Assembly (NCBI RefSeq): GCF_009914755.1
Contig: NC_060939.1
From: the human T2T-CHM13v2.0 reference genome, Homo sapiens
Length of the DNA: 64,000 nt
Strand: one strand, 5' to 3'
Below the pieces are notes generated by a model. That model worked only from the letters and a program-made list of their open reading frames with translations. It ran no database searches and was not told the DNA's origin. This document shows positions 30,411-46,498 of this stretch, piece by piece. Every line of letters starts with the position of its first letter. The stretch's first letter is position 1. A program made the position numbers and the translations under genes.

Positions 30411-30580
30411 AGGAATTAGTGGGTAACCAGAGGTCAACTAGAACCAGGAGTAAACCAGGAGTAAACCAGGAGTGAACCAGGAGTGAGTAATCAGGAGTAA
30501 ACTAGAATTAACCAGGAGTGAGTAAACAGGAGTAAACTCAAATTAGGAGTGAACCAGGAGTGGGTAACTGGGAGTGAACT
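30411..30580. repeat. Degenerate 11-mer minisatellite (AACCAGGAGTR)n
   Basis: aaccaggagta aaccaggagta aaccaggagtg aaccaggagtg then decayed units. Confidence 0.85.
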
Positions 30581-33363
30581 AAAAGCGGGGGCTAAATGGT
30601 AGAACCCAGCTCCATGCTCTGGGCTCATTCTGAAGGTAGAATCAGGCATGCCAACAATTGATGCCTCAGTGTTCAAAGGTTCACACAGGAGAAATCAGCT
30701 GTCAATGTCCAAGAGGATCAAGGAAGTGATTTTGAGATGGGTCTTTAAGAATGAGGAGAAATGTTCCAGGTGGTGAAAGGGAATAGCAAATGATCTGCAA
30801 TGGCGAGAACAGCACATAGAACAGCTTTACAGCCAGTGTGGTGTGTTTGGAGAACAGTGCAGTTCCCGGGCTGGAGGATAGCTGTTCTTAGCAGTGACTC
30901 CCCTAAATTGAAAAGGCTTTTGTGCTTTTCTCCTCCAAGAACAGGAAAGGCTATAGAGCTAAGAAAACTGACTCTTACTCCCTACCATTCCTGAGGAGAA
31001 AAGACCCCCCAGAAATAGAGTGAGAGGTGCAGCTCAGAAGAACCAAAGGCAAGAGTTAGTGGTTTAAGGAAAGAGGAAATGGAATCCTGGGGAATCAACA
31101 CGGCCTTGAGATGTCACCCCAAGACACCAGCAGCCCACACATAGTCCTCTGGGGTTTTGCTGGTGATAGCAGTGGAATCCACTTGGAGATTTTGGTGCAT
31201 GATCTCCAAATAACTAATATTTTTAACTGGCTAATAGCTATTTGTTCATCTATATCCCAATGTTATCTTGATAGATTACCAGAATTGCTGATTATCAGGA
31301 AGGGCCTCAGGAATGTCCATGGTTCTCCCTTTGAGCTGCTGTTTAGGAGTTCCTCCTATCCCCTTTACTGGAATCAGTAGTTTACACCACTTGCATAGCT
31401 CCAGCATGTATCGCTATGCTTGATTTGCACCAACTCTTGACTTTCTTCTTCAAGGAACTACTGAAGGTTTTTGGTTTTGATATAATAATTTTCACTGGCA
31501 CTTTCTAGCCTATAAATAAGACTCTGGAGGACAATATCCAGCAGTGAACTGTGTGGTGCTCATGAGATACGTCTGGTGGCGTTAAAGAACTGCCCAGGCT
31601 CGCGCAAAGCAGAAGCCCAGGGTACGTGAGAGATGAGAATGACCACACCAGGAAGAGGACTTGTTGACACTCTTCTCCATGTCAGAAGAAACACAGTTCA
31701 AAACCTTTAGGGAAGGACTTTTAATGATGGAGTTGGGAATAGATACTATGACCCAGATGATTTCTAAATCCTCAGAAATCAAATTGGTTGGGGAACAGAT
31801 TATGTCAATCTAAACATGAGTTTACTAGAGAAAAGAAAGTACTTAAACAGCTATTCAAGAGAATTCTGTAAATAGTAAAAGCCAGAGCCCTCTATTTGGA
31901 GACAGTTCTGGATATGGCATCAATGATGGATAGTCCATTGTATCCAAAAAGCATACATAACGTATTTTTCAAAAAGAACAAAAGGGTATGCAGTTAACTC
32001 AGAAGAGGAACGTTCCTTACAAAATTTACTCTGCTGCACAGATTGGCCCTGCAGTTAAGAAGAGTGCATTCATTATTCTAGTAGCTTTGAGATACTTTCT
32101 CTGACACTGAACCCTTGAACTCTTATTTCTTTCTTTCATTTATTAGTGATGACTCCCTTTGTCTATCCTGTGTTTGATTTGCCTTTTATAAATTGGCAAC
32201 ATCATTTCTTCATGATTCCCCAGAGATAACTGATGGTAGCTTAAATCTTCATTTGTCGTATATGAAAAAGTAATGCAGAATTCTGAGTGAGTTTTGAGTA
32301 GCTGGAAGAAACAAACATGAGAAAAAAATATAGGTATAATATATATTTATTTAAAGATCCAGCATTTCAGGGCAGTCTGAACAGGCCAGGGATTTATAGT
32401 GTGGAATATTTCATGGGCCTTTCAAGGATGAAGGAAATTTGTTTTTAAACACTGACTAGTTTAAAGACACCCCCGAGGTGCAAACTTTTTGCAACACATG
32501 TTTCACAGCCCCTCCGGCTCTGAACTTTTTTCCACAACATTTGTCTTCCAAAACAATTTCAGCATTGTGGAAACAGAATGTTGAATATATCAGAGCTGCA
32601 AGTCTTGGGGGAAATAGCCTGTCTTTAAGGTTAGATAAATAAGTTTAAACTATTTCTGACGTTTTATAGCTGTTGCAACAGAGCAAATGTGTTATTTTGA
32701 AACACCATAAAGAGCAGTGGTACGAAGAAATCTGTCTGAATTTCCTCTGGCCTGTTCAGTTCTTTGAAAATGTTTACACGTGTAACGATGCTTCTAGGTG
32801 CTGAACAGACCTGTGGGGTAGGAGAGGGAGTTGGAGTTCACTATGGGACTTACGGAGTTTGAGGTGCCTGTGGGACATGTTGTGCCAATGGGAGATGTCC
32901 AGGAGTCTTGAATTCAAGGGAGAGATTAAGACTGGATAGGTAGATGTGGGAGTTTTCAGCATAGGAATTATCACTATATTTCCCAAAGTAGATGAAATGG
33001 CCCCTGGGACAGTGTGTAGTGTGAAGGAAGGACTTGGTCCTGTACTCTGGTGTGGTCCTGTGCTCTTCATTTCAAACTTCCTATTTCTGACATTTTCTTT
33101 TGGAATGTAACTTTGTCAGTTTGTTCTGAGAAGCTTGCGCTGGCATGGCTGTTTGGCCATCTTGGTTGTTTTCATACCTTAGTTTTTAGTCTAGACTCCC
33201 ATGGTCACGTGGAACAGAGAACCACCTCGAACTGGCTTAAGAAAAAATGGAGGAACTATTGGCTAATAAAACCGAAAAGTTCTGGAGTGTAGACACTCTG
33301 GACATAATTTTAGATACATCTGGATTCAGGAACTTAAATGATTTAGTCAAGAATCCACCCCTT

Positions 33364-33526
33364 AGCCAGGCACAATGATGCATACCTATAGTTCCAGCTA
33401 TTCAGGAGGCTGAGATGGGAGGATCCCTGGAGCCCAGAAGTTTGAAGCTTCCGTATGCTATGATCATGCCTGTGCATAGCCACTGCACTCCAGCCCAGTG
33501 AGACCCCATCACTAAAAAAATAAAAA
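33364..33526 (+). mobile_element. Fossil Alu monomer (FAM/FRAM-like)
   Basis: Single monomer with 7SL-type gcctgtgcatagccactgcactccagcc and A tail. Confidence 0.75.
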
Positions 33527-33815
33527 TCCATCTCTCTCTGGCTCTGTTTTTTTTCTGTGTTTTGAGGTGGTTGGTGGGCAAGGGTTGAGGGAAGACCATG
33601 TATGTTAGCAGATCATAAAACATCATAAGCAGTTTATTTTTTGTTCTAAGTGAGATGGAAGCCATTAGAGGATTCTAAGCAAAGGAGTGTCATGATCTGA
33701 GCTACCTTTTAGAAGAAATACTATGGCTATTGTGTTGAAAATAGACTGTAAAAAATCAGAGAGTAAAAGGAAGGCAAGGGTGGAAATAGGGAGATGAGAT
33801 AAGTATTCCAGGTGA

Positions 33816-35270
<1,455 letters not shown>

Positions 35271-35285
35271 GGAGGAATGTGTCCT

Positions 35286-35720
35286 GGACCAGTCTGATGA
35301 AGCCTATGGTACTACTTCTGAAATAATATTTTCAAAGGTATAAAATAAAATATACTGCATTTAAAGAAAACCAATTATAATAAAAATATAGGTATCAAAA
35401 TATTAATAAACCAAATGTGTGATCGAATAATATATGTACTTCATTACTAATGCATCAAATTCAAAATCTAGCATTGGGTCCAATAGTTACCATATTTTTG
35501 AAGTAGTGTTGGCATAAAAAATATTTTGAGAGAGCTGGTCACACTTGTAATGTGATACGAAAATATCTGTGACTTCCATTGGTGAGAGAGTTAAAGATAC
35601 TACTACCTTGGTCTGTGCTTACATTCATAATTGATAGAAGTGCTACATTTCAACTAGAGTTGGTGAAAAGGTCACCGACTCCTGAATCCTATCTGTGGAC
35701 CCACGTGAGTCTCATGGTCC
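35286..35720. mobile_element. Charlie4a-like hAT fragment
   Basis: cagtctgatgaagcctatgg...aaccaattata; similar to the copy at 49761. Confidence 0.55.
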
Positions 35721-37332
35721 CCGGGTTGAGGACCCCGTTTCAGGGCCAAGGTACTTGCTGTTCCCTCTGCCGGAAATGCTCTCCCTGGAGATCTCCACAC
35801 AGCTTGTTTAGCCTGGCTGAAGGCCTCTGGTAAACCTTGTTTCAATGTAGAATTGACAGCACCGCTTACCAGCTTCTTACCGTGGAGGAATAATGAATAA
35901 GCCAATGTATCTGAGATTGTTTAGGGTCTTTCACTGTAAGAGGCTTTATGTCTTGAGAAAACCTCACTAATTTGGACTGATTGTAAGAGGCAAGTCTGAA
36001 TTAATAAACATCCCTGAATTGTAAAATGCTTTCAAGTCTATGAATTGCTTTTAGAAATGTTCAGTCATTTAAGCGAGAATTGCTTAGGGTCTTAAAGGCA
36101 ACCACTTTAATTTATAAATGTCGATTTATACTCACATAACAATTGTGTATATGTTGTGGAGGCCAGTGAAGTATTTGAAGGAATTTCTGAAATGATTTGC
36201 ACTTTTGCCCTCAAATATGTAAGGAGATTTTTTTCTCTTCCTAGCTAGTATAGCCCTTCTCTAAATTACCATAGATTCCAAAATAATAGTGTCTGAGTTT
36301 ATGAGGATTTTACTATACAGTCAGTGCTTTATTATCTTTGCTGCTTGGAAGAGAGCATTGGCATGAATAACCAAAAAAGTCACGCTGATGTATCTTTGGG
36401 ATAGAATATGGTTTTCTTCTAGTAAATGCATTCCCTAGTTTATTCATTTATGCATTCAGCAAACATTCACACATCTAATCTTTGCCAGGCCTATACTCAT
36501 GATCTGCTGTGGAGAACTGAGATTAATGCAGTAATAATGCTATAAAAGAATTCTGGTCATAGAGAGTGAATAATGAGAGTGAATTAAATAATATATGAAA
36601 GAATAGATGGATGAATGAATGAATTGATCTCACACATATCTTAGAGCTAAAAGGGACCCCAAGAGAAAATTTAACAAGAAGTTAAATCAAAGTTGTTTCT
36701 GAGCTCCATTATTAACTTTTTAAAAGTTGGGGATAGGTGATCCAGGTAATACATTCAATCAAAAAACAAGGCACTATACCATGAAAAGTCTGGCTCCTGC
36801 TCCTGTTCCCATGCTTTCCTACATCTGCACTCTATGTTCCTCCTTGCAGGTATCTTCCCTTTCTCTCCAGTCTACATGAGGTACAGCTTCTGTGCTCCAG
36901 TGGCATCCAGTATTTTACCTTTATTGCACGCTCTTATCTCTTTGAATTGCAGCTGGCTGTTTTGATGCATGGGCCCACTCTAGATTAAGGTCCGTGAGGA
37001 ACTTAGTTTACCATTATATCCTTAGCATTGCCACAGAGTCTTACATAGAGTAGGCACTCCATAAACATTTTTCAAGTGAATGAAATAATGGCAATAGTTG
37101 TATTGCATTTCAAAACATAAGATATGTAGCCAAAGCTGTACTCAGAATAAAATTAACAGCTTTAAATGATTTACTTTAAAATAAGCAAATTAAATGTTAA
37201 ACTCAAAGACTGAGAAATTTTCTTGTAGGCTAGAAATAGAAGGAAATTTATATACCAAAAAAAGCATCATGCTTAAGAAAGAAACATTAGTAATATTCCC
37301 ATTAAAGTTGGAAACAAGACAAATATGCCTGC

Positions 37333-37510
37333 TGTCTTAGACCACTGGGGCTGCTATAAGAAAAATGCTATAGACTGAGTAGCTTATAAACAACAGAAAA
37401 TTTGTTTCTTACAGTTCTGGAGGATGGGAAGTCCAAGATTAAGCTTTTCATGTTGAAGGAGGTCCAAGATCAAGATGTGGTGGGGAGGGACACAAATATT
37501 CAGTCTAACG
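37333..37510 (-). mobile_element. MaLR LTR (MLT1A-like), internally deleted, inside an L1 fragment
   Basis: ggctgctataag...cttataaacaacagaaaatttgtttcttacagttctggagg. Confidence 0.6.
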
Positions 37511-38079
37511 TACCTGCTATAGTGGTTATTATTCAGCATTGTTCTGGAGACACTAATACAATAAGACAAGAAAAAGAAATCAGAAGTATACATATTGGAA
37601 AGGAAGAGAAAATTGTCATTATGTGCAAATGATATAATTATTTACCTTAAAAAACAAGAAAATCAATTAGAAAAACTATTCAAAATAATAAAGTTCAGTA
37701 AGATGACTAGAAACAAGATAAATATGCAGATGCTTATAGCTTTCCTAAGTGTTGGCAATAAACAACTATGAAATACATTTTTTAAAATCTTGTTTACCGC
37801 AACAACAAAGAACTATAACATGCATTGGAATAAATATATTAAGAGATGTATAACATCTACCTATGTTGTGGTTAAGAAAGGTTCTGAATCAAATTGTATT
37901 GGTATAAATCTCAGCTCCAATGTTTAATAGCTGTGACCTTTCAGAAAGCTTAAACTTTCTGTATGTGTATATGTGTAGAAGAAAATGCTAAAAAAGATAT
38001 ATGCACATGTGATTAGCATTCCTTCAGCTATTTAGGGCTAGCCTAGTTTTTATAACAATATTTAAAACAAATCTCTCGG

Positions 38080-38716
38080 TGTATTGGTTTTCTATTGCTG
38101 CTGTAACAAATTAACACAAACTTAGAAGCTTAAAACAATACCCATATATTATGTCACCTATGTTGCACAGAATTGCTGAACTGACTGTTACACTTAGAGT
38201 ATCTAAGGCCAAGATCAAGGTGGTGGCATGGCTGCATTCCTTTTTGGAGGCTCTGGGAATAAATCTGCTTCCAAGCTTCTTCAGGTTATTGGCTGAATCC
38301 CTTATCATTTTAGAACTGAAGTTCCCATTTTCTTGATAGCTGTCAGCTGAAGGCCACTCTCAGCTTTTAGAGGCCACCTGCACTCCCCAGCTCAGGTCCC
38401 TTTTATCTTTAAAACTAGCAATGGTGGGTTAGGTTGCTCTGACACTTTGAATCTCTCTGAACTCCTCTTCTGCCTCATCTCTCCTACTTTCTCTTTCTCC
38501 ATATGTCCCTGACAGCTTCTGTCCTTCTCTTCTGATTTTAAGGACTTATAGAATTACAATGGGCCCAACCAGATATCTCCCCATTTTAAGGCCAACTGAT
38601 TAGTAACCTTAATTACATCTGCAAATTCCTTCACACCAGTGCCTAGATTGACATTTGATTGAGTAATGAAAGGATGAGAATCTTGGGGCAATGTCTTTAG
38701 AATTCTGCCTACCATA
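38080..38716 (-). mobile_element. MaLR solo LTR (MLT1 family)
   Basis: tgtattggttttctattgctgctgtaacaaatt...ttagaattctgcctaccata. Confidence 0.75.
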
Positions 38717-39475
38717 CTTGGATCATACAAAGCCACAGGATTAAGGACAAAAAGTCCCAAGGGCAACCATCTCAGACTCCAATTTTGAAAACTTCAAATA
38801 GTATATCTGAACATAATGAAGTTCCTACTCTTCTTTCAGATTCCTTTCACAGACGACACAGTTGAAATCTAAAGGGCTTTGCCCAAGGCTACAGAACTAA
38901 TAACTATTGAGAATGAAAACAAAGCCTCACCCCAACCCAGCCAAGATAGTGCTCCCCCTATGCATTTCCACCTCCTCTTTGAATAGAAATTTAGTCTTTT
39001 TTTCACCTTGAGTTTTCAGGCAATACTTCAGTGCCAATATCAGTCTTAGGTTTCTACAAGTAAATTTAAGCATTTCTAGATAACAGTTTCCTCCAAAGCC
39101 ACACAATGACTTCCTTAAGAGACTTGAATAATCAGCTTGATGTAATGGACAGAACTGGACCTGAAGTCAAAAGGCTTACCAGGTTCCTCAATTGTGAGAT
39201 ACAGCTAACAATGACTGCCTCCCAGGAAATAGGAATAACTATGAGAATTCAAGTGTCACCATGTTCATGGAGCACGCATTTTGCCTACTGTAAGGTGTGT
39301 TGCACATGTCATGATAATAGCGGTCGCATCTATTTTTTAAGTCAGAAAACCATACCATGGCTTCTCCATTCTCACTAACCAGAGCACTGTAAGAGGAGAA
39401 AACATCCCCCAAAACAGTTGTCTAGAGCAATCTTGGCATCATCTGAAGCTATTCCAGCTCTTAAGAGCCAGATGA

Positions 39476-39755
39476 GGTCAGGTGCAGTGGGAGGCTGAGG
39501 CGGGGGATCGCTTGAGCCCAGGAGTTCAAGACGACCCTGAGGAACATGATGAAACCCTGTCTTTACAAAAATTACAAAAATTAGCTGGGTGTGATGGCTT
39601 GCACCTGTAGTCCCAGCTACTTGGAGGCTGAGGAAGGGAGGGTCACTTGAGCCCAGGAGGTTGCAGTGAGCCAAGATTGTGCCACTGCACTCCAGGCTAG
39701 GTGACAGAGGGAGCCTCCATCTCAAAAAGAAAAAGCAAAGAAGAAGAAGAAGAAC
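39476..39755 (+). mobile_element. AluJ with deletions
   Basis: cttgagcccaggagttcaagac (J-type); GAA-rich tail. Confidence 0.85.
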
Positions 39756-40497
39756 CAAATGAAATTTCTCTATTCCTCTGAATCTTAAATTCCAAAGCCC
39801 AGCAAAATGCTAAGCCTTCTGAAGACTTGGGGAAAGAAATTCTTTCAATTCCTCATGTTCCCCTCTGTGTCCAGGCTCCTGCAATGTTGCTTACAGTCCC
39901 TGCATCTCACTGCATTGACCCGGAATTGAAACTCAGCACTTACTTTTGCTCCCTGAAGTTATCCTCCTTTACAAAGAATTAATGAACTCTGTTTCCCTGG
40001 ATGTTGTATATTCTTCCTGAGGGAGGAATGTTTCATTGCTTATGCACAGCAAACAACTTAAAGACCTCTAGGAAATATTTATGTTTTCCAAAGACTTCCT
40101 TGTGACAACCTACCCCCTGGGAGTTTCTCACTGTGTCTCTACCTCCACATTCCCCCAGCTTCACCGACTCCTTCTTTCCAACCACACTCCCACTACCCTA
40201 CCCACCTTCAAAATTCTCTCCCTTCCCAATACAGAGCAATCCTACTCCTTGGTTTCCATTCCATAACTTATATGTGTAAACCAGTCACATGCCCCGTAGA
40301 CCAAAGCCCTTTGCTTTAAGAGGATCCTCCATCTGCCATAGAGTAGCTATAGAAATAGAAATAGCCATTTTTCCTATTATATATGATTAAACCCATATGC
40401 TGACTTACGGTCAAAACAGTGAATGGTATTTGTCAAGTGGTTCTGTGGCCCTGTTCTTAAAGGAATTGCCTTTGTCATATTTGTTTTTGTTCCAAAG

Positions 40498-40680
40498 GTG
40501 TCCCTCAGCCTAATATAACTTGGTTGAAGAGAGGAGGATCTCTGAGTGGCAATGTTTCCTTGCTTTTCAATGGATCCCTGTTGTTGCAGAATGTTTCCCT
40601 TGAAAATGAAGGAACCTACGTCTGCATAGCCACCAATGCTCTTGGAAAGGCAGTGGCAACATCTGTACTCCACTTGCTGG
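40498..40680 (+). CDS. ADAMTSL3: ADAMTSL3 exon 24 (183 nt, phase 1 to 1): rest of Ig-like domain 3
   Basis: ttccaaag| (G)VPQPNITWLKRGG...ENEGTYVCIATNALGKAVATSVLHLL(E); G|gtaagt. Confidence 0.96.
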
Positions 40681-40890
40681 GTAAGTGTCAAATTCTTATT
40701 GCTCCTTAAGTGCCTCCTGTAATATGCACAAAGTAGGCCCCAGTTTTGTTGATTTTGGAGTTGAGTGAACGAGATGGACATCAGATGGTTTTAACCATTG
40801 CTGCCACTGCCTGCTTAAAAACGAGCACTAAATTCTAACACCCTATTTTACCACCCCGTATTCCCAGCACCTAACACAGATGTTAGTGTT

Positions 40891-41198
<308 letters not shown>

Positions 41199-42337
41199 AG
41201 ATGTTAGTGTTAAGTAATGGTTTCATGAAGGAATGAAATTGAACCATTGGCAAAATTAGTATAAGAGTATAGAATCCATTGCTAAACCAAGAGGAAAAAA
41301 CATGAAAGAGATTTCTCCATAGCTTTCCTTGGGGCAGTTAGAGGAGCCCAGAGATATAAAGAGATAGGGGGTGCCAATGCAGGGAGTTGGAATAGCTGTC
41401 ATGCACAAAGCATTTTGATGAGCATTAATTCTTGTGATACTTATGATAGCACAGTGTTGTGGGTGGTATTTTTTAATCTCATTGTATTTATGAGGAGCCT
41501 TGGGCTCATAAAGAGTTTGAACTAGTGCCCAAATATGTAGTCTGCTCTTTTGGTGCTCTCCCTGCTACCCCTCATGGACTCTTAGTACTGACAAAGGCAG
41601 TGGTGTGCCACCACGTGGCTCTTTCCAAAAAGCCTCTGTGTGATCTTCCAAAATCTTCGAATGGAAGAGTTGCAACAGATTGGCTAGGCTAACCCTGTCT
41701 GGTTCTTGAATGATTTATCCATGCTCCCTGAGAAACCCCAGCCTTGTTTCTTTCTTCTGCCCATTTCCACTCATGAATCTGCATGCTTGTCTCACTCCTA
41801 CCTGGCATACCTCTTCTCTCAGGAATCCCCTCAAGCCAAGCAGCTCATGACTTTGGTAACTTGATGGAGAGATCAAATCATGGCATTCCTCCACCATCCT
41901 CTGCTCTTATGTGCAAGCTTCACAACCTTCCTAAAAGCCCGTACTCCTCACCATGCAAACCTAGGGAACATTGCCCGTTCTCTTGCTCCCAGCATTCCTC
42001 TTAAGAGGCAGAGCTCTATCCAACCAATCTGCTTCCTCCAGTCCCTTTTGGAATTCTGCTGAATACATTTTTTTCATCTTGCAATTTAGGCTAGAAACCC
42101 TGGAAACATGCAGAGATGCCACATGCTAGCACAGTGAGTAACTCTAAACTCTATAACACCCCACACGTCCATACTTATACACACCTCCCAGACCTGTGGT
42201 CATGAGCTTGAGTATCCAGGAGCACAGTATTATTATAGAGGACTCATTTTCTAATAGCTGTCTTTAAGAACACCCAAGCTGGACCAATAATTAGATAATG
42301 TCTAACTGGTAAAAGTGCTACTTTTTTTTTTCCTCAG

Positions 42338-42454
42338 AACGAAGATGGCCAGAGAGTAGAATCGTATTTCTGCAAGGACATAAAAAGTACATTCTCCAGG
42401 CAACCAACACTAGAACCAACAGCAATGACCCAACAGGAGAACCCCCGCCTCAAG
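42338..42454 (+). CDS. ADAMTSL3: ADAMTSL3 exon 25 (117 nt, phase 1 to 1): Ig-to-TSR linker
   Basis: Poly-T cctcag| (E)RRWPESRIVFLQGHKKYILQATNTRTNSNDPTGEPPPQ(E); AAG|gtctgg. Needed to reach the expected CDS length. Confidence 0.9.
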
Positions 42455-42959
42455 GTCTGGGATTTTGACCTTTTCAGATTTGCTATGTGTGAGGCATGTG
42501 TAAGGAAAAGGATTTAGCTAAAAGACCATCTGTATTTTTCACTTTGCAATATGTAAAATTATTTCTAGGCATTTGGCCAGCCTTTTTCTTGACCCTCAGT
42601 CTTTAGTGGTTCAACTTATTCTTTCCATATTGAAACACTTTTTAGAAAAATCCACTCCTGAGGAAGCCTACAGAGCTCATATCTCAAATGTGCACTATTA
42701 TTTGTGATAATATAGATATTGATTTCCAGTTTCAAAACTATTGCCAATTTGGTAAATATTAATAGATATTAATAGTCTGCTATGAGTATTGGAATTGATT
42801 TTTTAATTGTTCTTTTTTCAAGACATAGTTTTCCATACACACCAACTTTGTTATGCATCAGTGCTTAATCAGGAGAACCTAATCTAAGTATTACAAGCTT
42901 ATAAAACTCTGCAGAAGGCCAAGGGATCAAGGCAGAGTTAAGAAAATCAGAAATGCTAG

Positions 42960-43371
<412 letters not shown>

Positions 43372-45019
43372 ACAAAGAAACTCCTTTTAAACCTCATGTT
43401 GTACTCGTTATATAGGAACAATAATGGCCCCGTCATTTTCACCTTTTAAATCTTGAGAAGTGCCTCTCATTTGCATAATGTATCATGCAGAATATAACTC
43501 TACCGGTAGAGATTTTAAGAAATGTAGTTTCTAGGCTTTCACCTCCTGAGGTGCAAGAGAGAGCACAGAAGGGGAAAACAGTGTTGAGCTGCCAATCAGC
43601 AATCCATCACGTTACTTATGACATCATTCTCTTATAGTATTTGTATGACACATTTCTTCTCCTCTTTTAAACATAATACTAACATTATTGTATACCCAAA
43701 TATCCATTTATTGGACATTCAACAAATATTGCCCAGTGCTTACTCCTCCCAGGTCTGGGGTTGCAGATGACCTCCTCCTTGAGAAGCTCACAGTCTGAAG
43801 AGGGAGGCAGTCACGTAAACAGATACTGTAAAGCACTGGGACAAGTTCCATAATAAAAAGATGACCAAAGTACAATGGTAGCACTGAGGAAGGGGCCCTA
43901 CCTCTCTCTAGAGAAGTCAACTGAGTTTTCATGTAGGTCATGATGTTTGTTCTGGGAAGAGAAAAGAGGAAATTCCAGTCAGAGAAACCATGGTGTGTTG
44001 CATGTGGCATGGAACATGAAGATCAAAAGAACTGCCTAAAATAAATTAATGAAAAACAAAAAGGATATGTGTGAGGCTGAAGCTATTGGTGAAGGTGAAG
44101 CCTTTGGAATAGTCAAACTCTTGGTTTATTGGGACTACTTGCATTGTTCTGCCACCTCCTACACAGACACACACAAACACATGCCCAAATATACAATCAC
44201 ACACACACACATTGTGGAATGTCCCAGCCCTTCAAAGGATCCTTAGCTTAGCATTTCAAAGAGACTCCTTTATTAATTTAACAAATACTGCTTGCATGGC
44301 TAATATTTCACATACCCTGTCCTAGTGTTGGACAGGGTGGTGTTTATGGTCTTGACATTCCAGTAGGAAAGATGCACAAGAAACCAGTAAACAAATAAGT
44401 ATTTAAGATATTTCTCAGTGGTAAGGGCTATGAGATACACAGTGATAGGAGGAAGCCACTTTAGTGAAGACAGTCGGGATGGGCCTTCTAAGAGGTTATA
44501 TTTGAGCCCAGACCTAAAGGATGAGGTGAAACCATTTGTGCAGAAAAATGAGAAAGAAGCAAAGACCATAAAATTGGAATAAGGTTAATGTGGCCTCAGA
44601 ATGGAAATAAGATTCATGTGACTAGGGTACAGTTGAGGGAGAGGGAGAGGGATATGAGATGAGGTTGGAGAGTGGCTGAGGACCAAATCATTCAGAGCTT
44701 TGAGGTCCAAGGTAAAGACTCAAGAGTTTACTCCTAAAACATGGGAGGTCATTGAGGAGTCTTATATGGTAGTGATATGGCATGATCTGCTTTTCAAATG
44801 CATTTGTGTCAAAAAGCACTAAGTAGAAAACAAAAACAAATTATCAAATTGGACTGACCGCATCAAAATTTTAAAGATCTCCTTATCAAAGACACCAATA
44901 AGAATAATGAATACATAAGCCATAGACTGGGAAAAATATTGGCAGAACATATGTCTGATGAAGAACTTATATCTAGAATATATAAAGAACTCCCACAAGT
45001 TATCAATGAATATCCCCCA

Positions 45020-45024
45020 CCACA

Positions 45025-45074
<50 letters not shown>
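45020..45074. repeat. (CA)n microsatellite
   Basis: About 26 CA units with one TA interruption. Confidence 0.95.
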
Positions 45075-45076
<2 letters not shown>

Positions 45077-45570
45077 GGGCAACAGACTTGAACAGACGTT
45101 TCACAAAAGATGATATATAGATGGCATCAGGGAAATGGAAATTAAAACCTCAGTGACATACAATTTCATACCCAGTAGGGTAGCTAAAAACAAAAAGACT
45201 GACAATGCCAAATTTTGGCAAGAGTGTGAAGCAACTGAAACGCTCATGCATTGCTTAGGGTGTAAAATGTTTAGACCACTTTGGAAGACGATTTAGCAGC
45301 TCCTAAAAAAGTTAAGCGCACACCTACCCTCGACCTAGCAGTTTCACTCACAGGTATTTACCCGAAAAAAAAAATGTTCACAAAAAGCTTTGTTCATGAA
45401 TGTTCAACTTATTGATAATAGTCATTGACAGGAGAATAGATTAAAAACTATGGTAGATTTATACAATGGGAACATTATTCAGCAATAGAAGAAATGAAAT
45501 GAACTACTGATATGCACAATGATATGAGTGAATCTCAAAAACCTTATGCTAAGCAACGTAGGAAACCAAA

Positions 45571-45870
45571 GGCCGGGCGCAGTGGCTCACACCTGTAATC
45601 CCAGCACTTTGGGAGGCAGAAGCGGGTGGACCACAAGGTCAGGGGTTCGAGACCAGCCTGGCCAACATGATGAAACCCCATCTCTACTGAAAATACAAAA
45701 ATGAGCCCGGCGCGGTGGTGCACACCTGTAATCCCAGCTTCTCAGGAGGCTGAGGCAGGAGAATCGCTTGAACCTGGGGAGGCAGAGGCAGCACTGAGCT
45801 GAGATCATGCCACCACACTCCAGCCTGGGTGACAGAGTGAGACTCTGTCTCAAAAAAAAAAAAAAAAAAA
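45571..45870 (+). mobile_element. Alu (AluS-like)
   Basis: TSD gaaaccaaa at 45562-45570 and 45871-45879. Confidence 0.94.
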
Positions 45871-46265
45871 GAAACCAAATACACAAGAGTACATATTATA
45901 TGAAGTACAAGAATAAGTAAAACTAATGTATACTGATAGAAATGGACGAGTTGCTGCCTGGGAGGGGAGAGCAATTGATTGGAAAGAGACAAGAGGGGGA
46001 TGATGAAAATATTACATCCCTTGCTTTGGATCATGGTTACGTAAGTGCTTACAATTGTGAAACCTTGTAAAACTGCACACCTGAGATATAATCAATTTAT
46101 TGTATATGAATTATACCTCAATTAAAAAAACACACACATTTTAAAAGAAATGCACATGTCCTGCCTTGAACTGCCAAGGTGTCTTTGTGAAATGTGGCAT
46201 AATAGAGTCAGACACACTTGGGATCCAGTCCGGCTAACAGGTGACAGACCTTGGGCAAGGTACTC

Positions 46266-46498
46266 AGTTTCATTCAGTTTCCACCTCTGCAAATAAAAAT
46301 ATCAACTTCACAAGATGATCTTGAAAATTAAATGAAAAATTGATTATAAAGTGTCTAACTCAGTTCCTGTCACCTGGGAGGTTCTCAGTAAACGTATCTA
46401 CTTTTAAAAAATTATTTTTAAATAAACTGTAATCCTGAGTGTCCAACTAAAAATGTATTTTACATTTTTGCTTTGCAAATGATGCCATGTACAACTTA
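46266..46498 (+). repeat. 233-bp local duplication, copy 1 (MIR 3' part plus flank)
   Basis: Ungapped match to 48308-48540 with about 11 mismatches. Confidence 0.93.

Larger units (their letters stand above)
44820..46128 (+). mobile_element. L1M 3' end (Alu- and CA-interrupted)
   Basis: aacagacgtttcacaaaagatgatata..., terminal ttatacctcaattaaaaaaa. Confidence 0.75.

Noticed and set aside
30411-30580. Repeat array as CRISPR-like
   Set aside because: Eukaryotic context; 11-bp adjacent units without unique spacers
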